From contig AP038806.1 of NCBI GenBank assembly GCA_047150005.1, positions 224,001-288,000 of the forward strand: a stretch of 64,000 nt of DNA, in the 5' to 3' direction. Position 1 is the first letter of the stretch, and each line of letters starts with the position of its first letter. Positions 59,336 to 64,000 of this stretch are shown here, piece after piece. The position numbers and the translations under genes are program-made. The notes beneath the pieces were generated by a model, which was given only the letters and a program-made list of their open reading frames with translations, was not told the DNA's origin and did no database searches. This DNA comes from Nitrospira sp. GTDB taxonomy: Bacteria; Nitrospirota; Nitrospiria; Nitrospirales; Nitrospiraceae.

Positions 59336-60337
59336 CTAGAAAAGAGCGACGACTCGACTCCCGAGACGAGCCATGTGTATCGGAAGGGTCTGGGCCAGGG
59401 TGGTCAGAATCTCGTCAGGATCAGTAAGAGTATAGCTTCCACTTACCCTTATATCCCCAACAGTTGGACCCCAGATGACGATCACCCCACGATGGTATCG
59501 ACGGAGCTCATCGATGACCTCTGTGAGCGGAAGATTCTCAAACACAAGACGCCCGCGCAGCCAGGCGGTCGCGGACTGCACATCGACCTCGCGGACGGGT
59601 CCCATCACGTGACTGTCGACGGCGGTCTGTTGACCGGCCGTTAATTGAATAGGTTCCCATCCTCCCTCGGTCGAAGCCAATTCGACGATCCCCTCTACGA
59701 CGGTGACGCGAATCTCATTCGACTGCCGACGTACGAGAAACTTGGTACCTACAGCTCGGGAAACGATCTGCTGTCCTTCGACCAGAAACGGCCGGTCCCG
59801 ATCCGGTTGGATCTGAAAAAAGGCTTCTCCATCGAGTAACCAAACTTTGCGGGCCATCCCGTCGAAGCTGACGGCAATGGCACTCTTGGTGTTCAGGGTA
59901 GCAATGGAGCGATCAGGGAGTTCGATCTGAAGCTGTTCGCCGGTGGCGGTCCGGTGGTCAGCCTTCAGTCGGACGACAATATCCAACTGATACACCACAA
60001 GGATCGCTATTGCGCAGACCGTGGCGACCGCCACCCATTGCCAAAGCCGTCTCGTTCGTGGGGAGGTCCGACACCGTGTCGCAGGAAAAATCGCTTCGAC
60101 AGCGGCCGCGGATGCTGCAGCGGCTTTCAGCGACTGATCATCCCAAAGCCGGCAGACTTCATCAAAGGCAAGCGCATGAGCGGGACTTTGTCGACGCCAG
60201 GACTCGAATGCCCGGCGATCCTCTTCTGGGAGAGTGTCAGACCGCAGCCGAACAAACCAAGCTACAGCCTGTTCTTCGAGAGTTCTGCCGCTGCCGGAGG
60301 GAGAGTGTCTGTCGGAATCGGAATCCGATGGTGTCAT
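59336..60337 (-). CDS. fecR: FecR family anti-sigma/transmembrane sensor
   Basis: EQAVAWFVRL, FESWR..SPAH, TATGEQ, LPDRS..LNT, GEAFF, AWLRGRLVF. Confidence 0.93.
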   Translation of the reverse strand: MTPSDSDSDRHSPSGSGRTLEEQAVAWFVRLRSDTLPEEDRRAFESWRRQSPAHALAFDEVCRLWDDQSLKAAAASAAAVEAIFPATRCRTSPRTRRLWQWVAVATVCAIAILVVYQLDIVVRLKADHRTATGEQLQIELPDRSIATLNTKSAIAVSFDGMARKVWLLDGEAFFQIQPDRDRPFLVEGQQIVSRAVGTKFLVRRQSNEIRVTVVEGIVELASTEGGWEPIQLTAGQQTAVDSHVMGPVREVDVQSATAWLRGRLVFENLPLTEVIDELRRYHRGVIVIWGPTVGDIRVSGSYTLTDPDEILTTLAQTLPIHMARLGSRVVALF

Positions 60338-60399
60338 GCCCGCAGCGCGCCACGTTCAGACCCTGCCGGAACCTCAGGACCCGCCCGAGTATATCTTCA

Positions 60400-60424
60400 G
60401 ACGGATCCCCGTGCCAGTCTCTCA
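60400..60424 (-). promoter_or_regulatory. putative ECF sigma promoter upstream of fecR
   Basis: TGAGAGACT-N10-TCCGTC. Confidence 0.55.
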
Positions 60425-60426
60425 TG

Positions 60427-60945
60427 TCAGTCTGCATCGTTTTGCCGCAGGAATGTCCGGCAATGTAGGAGCGCCCGCATGATGAGCTTTTCTACTGCGC
60501 TCTCTGACACACCAAGGTGGGATGCGATGTCTCGGTACGGGCGATCATGGACGCGATGGAGGAGAAAAGCCTCGCGAGAGCGGTGCGGAAGCGAGTCGAT
60601 CGCCTGGGAAAACACGCGAAGCCGTTGTTTGTCATACATGGCTCGCTCCGCCGAAGGGGCGCTGGACGGGACATCCGCCGCGTGATCCAATGTTTCACCG
60701 CTCTGCCGCCCCGATTTCCCTTTGCGAAGATAATCGATCGCAAGATTCGTAGCGGTTCGGAACAGCAGTGCTCGTGGATAGGTGACAGACGTCGTCTGCC
60801 CTAGATTGACCAGGCGCAGATACGTCTCCTGGGCTAAATCAGCAGCGGTTTGTTCACATCGCACCATTCGGCACAGGCGTCTAGTCAACTCGAATCGGTG
60901 TTGGTGGAACAAGCGCTCAATCTCGTCGCAGGTCAGATTTACCAT
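60427..60945 (-). CDS. fecI: FecI-like ECF sigma factor
   Basis: AADLAQETYLRL, LFRTATNLAIDYLR, LPHRSREAFLLHR, YRDIASHLGVSESAVEK; start may be 60966 or 60984. Confidence 0.9.
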   Translation of the reverse strand: MVNLTCDEIERLFHQHRFELTRRLCRMVRCEQTAADLAQETYLRLVNLGQTTSVTYPRALLFRTATNLAIDYLRKGKSGRQSGETLDHAADVPSSAPSAERAMYDKQRLRVFSQAIDSLPHRSREAFLLHRVHDRPYRDIASHLGVSESAVEKLIMRALLHCRTFLRQNDAD

Positions 60946-61042
60946 CTCAGCCTCACGTTGCAGCATAAAAAAACCCACGCGCATCTGTTGATGCCGTGGG
61001 CTCTGTCCTGGAAGACTTTGGCCTCGAAAGTCGGTACGTTAT

Positions 61043-61061
61043 GATATTGAGAAGCGCTATC
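61043..61061. promoter_or_regulatory. Fur-box-like site
   Basis: GATATTGAGAAGCGCTATC, 14/19 to GATAATGATAATCATTATC; just downstream of minus-strand TGGACA-N18-TATAAG (61067-61096). Confidence 0.65.
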
Positions 61062-61171
61062 AAATGCTTATAGCAAACCGTGTTGCAAACTGTCCAGCCC
61101 ATATCCGCAAGACCGAAACCAGAGATCGAGGAGCTTTGATAACGTGAGGGTGATAGCGCGCGAGTTGGAGG

Positions 61172-61495
61172 TCAAGTCGCTATCCTGGCCAAAGCCACCA
61201 GAAGGACAAGGCCACCTAAGATCGCCGCCGCTCCGGGCCGGAACGGCCATAGGAAAATCAGCGCCAGTCCTATCACGCCGATCAAACCTACCCATTCTAC
61301 CGGACCAAAGGACCAGCCACTTGAACCGACCGCCGAGAAGAATGAAGCGGCTACCGCCAACCAGCCGGTGGTTCTAAAAGTCCACCGAGAGATGTCGGTG
61401 GGCTTTTCGGAGAACAATTGCCGATAGTGCTTGGGCATCGCCAAGCATAGTGCCAGCAAACCGTTGTAGCACAATGCGATTTCCACAGCTTCCAT
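61172..61495 (-). CDS. DUF3325-like membrane protein
   Basis: LCYNGLLALCLAMPKHYRQLF...GW...GPVEWVG; follows PepSY-TM gene. Confidence 0.8.
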   Translation of the reverse strand: MEAVEIALCYNGLLALCLAMPKHYRQLFSEKPTDISRWTFRTTGWLAVAASFFSAVGSSGWSFGPVEWVGLIGVIGLALIFLWPFRPGAAAILGGLVLLVALARIAT

Positions 61496-61497
61496 TC

Positions 61498-63033
61498 CTA
61501 CCCTGCTTCAACGATCTCGGCTGATGTCGCATGCGACACAGCCACGGCAGGACGCCTGACACGCCATGCAATCCAGTAGAAGAGACCCCCCACTGCCAGA
61601 CAGGTCAGATCAATGCCTGCTAATCGCCAATTACCGACCGGCAGCGTGACCAACAGATGATTGCCAGCAGTCATCAAGTTCAACAGCGGCAAGAAGGCAA
61701 ACAGGGTAGCAGCCGCTCTAACCTGTTCCTTCCATGCCCGTGAGCGATCTTTCCTGAGAAATCCGTGCGCGACGCATAGAGCCCATAGGAAAAAAAACGT
61801 GTCCATTTCCCACATCGCTCGTCCTGGTACGTTAAGGGGCCACAATCGATTGGCCCAAAAGAACGCGGCGATCGCGACCGGCAATCCTGCGACCACGGCA
61901 ACATTGAGGGATTCGACAATCTGGTATCCGGCAGCATTCCCGGCATGGCTGTCCTTCCGTTTGATGACCCATAGGAGCAGCCCCGTCGCAATCATGGTGC
62001 TCCCGGTCAGCCCCATGAAAAAATATAACCATCGAATCATGGCGTGATCAAACCATAGGTAATGAAGTCCGAGGAGCACCGAATAGGTAACGAAGGCGGA
62101 GCTCTTCCCCTTCCACACGTTGAGGATTTTTCCGGTTGCTCCGTCGAACGTCACGCGATCGGAGATCAAGGCTAGACGATCGTCGGCGCGGCGTACGACC
62201 TCCACGCGGGCATGAAGATCTCCCGGATGCTTCACTTGGATCCACTCGGTGACGCCCTCACCCCAATAGGTCTTCGCTTGCTGTTCGAGCGCAACAAGTG
62301 AGATCAACGGAGCCGGAATACTTGCGCGCTGAGCGTCGACACGCTGCTCTACCTCCTGCAGAATCTTGTTAAACTCACCGCCGTAGAACACGTCCACTCC
62401 TGCCGGCATATAGATCATCCAGAAGATGACGAGTCCCGTGAACGTGATCACAACGTGGAACGGCAACATCAGGACGCCTGTGGCATTGTGAGCATCAAGC
62501 CATGATCGATGAAAGGATGCCTTGTGTCGGAACGTGAAGAAGTCCTTAAAGATCCGATGATGAATCACCAGGCCGGTAACGAGGGCCACCAGCATCAGCA
62601 TCGCTGTACCGCCAACTATCCACGTCCCGAGTCGGTCCAAATGCAGTTGATAGTGGAACCGATAGAAAAACTCGCCCCCTTGCGTCTCACGGACCGTCAG
62701 GATCTCCCCGGTCGCCGGATCGAGCTTCCGTTGCTCTTGCTGCTCCTCTCCAGGATTCTGCCAGGAAATGGTCAATTCCGGTGTCCTGGCATGGGGTAGT
62801 TCGATCCACCATTCATCCGCTCGCGGCGCGAGTCGGGCAAGTTGATCCGCTGCGGCCTGGAGATTCACGGGCGAGGTTCTGATCCCATGCAATTCCGGCT
62901 GCATCCAATAGGTGATTTCCTTGTCGAACACGGTCAGTGTGCCGGTCAGAAAGATAGCGAACAGGATCCACCCGAACAGGAGACCACCCCACGTATGCAG
63001 CCAATCCATCGACTGTGTAAAACCGTCTTTCAT
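61498..63033 (-). CDS. PepSY-associated TM helix protein (iron-uptake inner-membrane protein)
   Basis: MDWLHTWGGL, FLTGTL, FFYRFHYQLH, WLDAHNATGV, GLHY, IATGLLLW. Confidence 0.9.
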   Translation of the reverse strand: MKDGFTQSMDWLHTWGGLLFGWILFAIFLTGTLTVFDKEITYWMQPELHGIRTSPVNLQAAADQLARLAPRADEWWIELPHARTPELTISWQNPGEEQQEQRKLDPATGEILTVRETQGGEFFYRFHYQLHLDRLGTWIVGGTAMLMLVALVTGLVIHHRIFKDFFTFRHKASFHRSWLDAHNATGVLMLPFHVVITFTGLVIFWMIYMPAGVDVFYGGEFNKILQEVEQRVDAQRASIPAPLISLVALEQQAKTYWGEGVTEWIQVKHPGDLHARVEVVRRADDRLALISDRVTFDGATGKILNVWKGKSSAFVTYSVLLGLHYLWFDHAMIRWLYFFMGLTGSTMIATGLLLWVIKRKDSHAGNAAGYQIVESLNVAVVAGLPVAIAAFFWANRLWPLNVPGRAMWEMDTFFFLWALCVAHGFLRKDRSRAWKEQVRAAATLFAFLPLLNLMTAGNHLLVTLPVGNWRLAGIDLTCLAVGGLFYWIAWRVRRPAVAVSHATSAEIVEAG

Positions 63034-63395
63034 GGCTGTAGCCGGTCGAATCTACCCAAGCGGCAGCGCGGATTACCGCTCACGACCCATACGAGCGGCA
63101 GAGAGCCCAAGCCCCCGACTACCGAAGAACCCAGAAACCCATCCAAACGTGTCCCTGCCTGCTTCGAGATTTCGGCATCAATCTTGGGTACCGGACGCAA
63201 CAGGGAGCGCTCACCCACCGGCGTCAGCTCTCGGCAAATTGGGAGCACTGTACTACACCCCTCTTGGCAATGGGAACGGTTTGGAGCCCCATGACGACAA
63301 GAATGGATCGCACCGAGCGTGTGACGACTGGACGGCTTTCGCTCCTGTGCTGCGAATAGGAACATGTCAGACCAAGAAATGGATGACGAATTGTT

Positions 63396-63551
63396 CTACG
63401 GAGGACTGACGGAAACTACCGTTCCAATACTGCCGACGAGAAACGTCCAGGTGGATAGAACCGCGATGGCACCCACGAGAATTCCGAACGCCACCGCGAG
63501 ACTGATGAGCACTGGAATGGTGTCATTCCGAATGATGAAGTCCGTCTTCAT
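63396..63551 (-). CDS. small single-TM protein (51 aa)
   Basis: Hand-translated MKTDFIIRNDTIPVLISLAVAFGILVGAIAVLSTWTFLVGSIGTVVSVSPP*; AAGGAG SD. Confidence 0.55.
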   Translation of the reverse strand: MKTDFIIRNDTIPVLISLAVAFGILVGAIAVLSTWTFLVGSIGTVVSVSPP

Positions 63552-63566
63552 CCTTCACTCCTTCAT

Positions 63567-63737
63567 TCAGAGGGTCGAAGCCGTGCCGACCGAACCGATC
63601 GCACTTTTTGACCGTCGACCTTCATCGACCACCAGCGCGCTTTGCGTGATTGCGTAGCGGCAGATCGCGCAGGCCCAGAACGCTCCCGTCTGCAAGAGAC
63701 AGTTCCGTAGACACCGAGGACAATGGCGAATTTTCAT
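63567..63737 (-). CDS. small zinc-ribbon-like protein (56 aa)
   Basis: CPRC...WACAIC; GAGGAG SD before ATG 63737. Confidence 0.6.
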   Translation of the reverse strand: MKIRHCPRCLRNCLLQTGAFWACAICRYAITQSALVVDEGRRSKSAIGSVGTASTL

Positions 63738-63751
63738 CAGTCGACTCCTCA

Positions 63752-63958
63752 TCAGTGACACATGTGAGCGTTTGATGCGCCTGTATGTGCAGACGCAGAA
63801 CCCAAAGAGGATTGTTTCAGCATTGAGGCCAAACGCCCGATGGAATCAGCGAATACTTGGAATTCTTCCCTATCAAAATGCAGCGTGATCGACCCGTAAG
63901 TCAGATGAAGTCTTCCGCAACCACATACTGCGAGTTTCGATTGCCCATGGCTGTGCAT
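63752..63958 (-). CDS. small Cys/His-rich protein (68 aa)
   Basis: MHSH...VCGCGRLHLTYGSITLHF...HMCH; AAGGAG SD. Confidence 0.65.
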   Translation of the reverse strand: MHSHGQSKLAVCGCGRLHLTYGSITLHFDREEFQVFADSIGRLASMLKQSSLGSASAHTGASNAHMCH

Positions 63959-64000
63959 GTTTTCTCTCCTTGATTGATACCGCGTTGTGACACCTATATG

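Noticed and set aside
63030..63365. 111-aa ORF upstream of PepSY-TM gene where a small membrane gene might be expected
   Set aside because: No convincing TM pattern or family motif; may be a decayed gene but cannot be supported

Overview
GC-rich bacterial chromosomal segment. Gene content and intergenic repeat style suggest a Nitrospira-like nitrifier (inference, not database-verified). The core backbone (acs, ribE/ribD, ppdK, glyQS, tkt, rtcB-archease, M24 peptidase, AsmA-like, cyclophilin) is interleaved with accessory modules: (i) a more AT-rich LysR-controlled islet with SDR, cytochrome c and DUF1264-like genes (~4.85-8.6 kb); (ii) a nitrite/NO block (~24.2-38.8 kb): Cys-rich Crp/Fnr regulator, copper nitrite reductase nirK with an FNR-like palindrome, four envelope proteins, then a sigma54-promoter FNT channel + EmrB/OMF/EmrA efflux operon with its own CHASE3/PAS kinase and sigma54 activator; (iii) a degenerate tRNA-Thr-like sequence (anticodon position AGT, intact T-arm and CCA) directly followed by a ~2 kb AT-richer islet; (iv) an iron-signalling region with Fur-like box, FecI/FecR, STN-TonB receptor, RND pump, PepSY-TM and three small proteins. 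Non-coding features read directly from the sequence include a 124-bp MITE-like element, two heptamer-repeat hairpins, a duplicated promoter and a twice-repeated ECF-type promoter motif. No transposase, integrase, CRISPR array, rRNA or intact tRNA was seen. All product calls come from motif recognition only; no searches were run.
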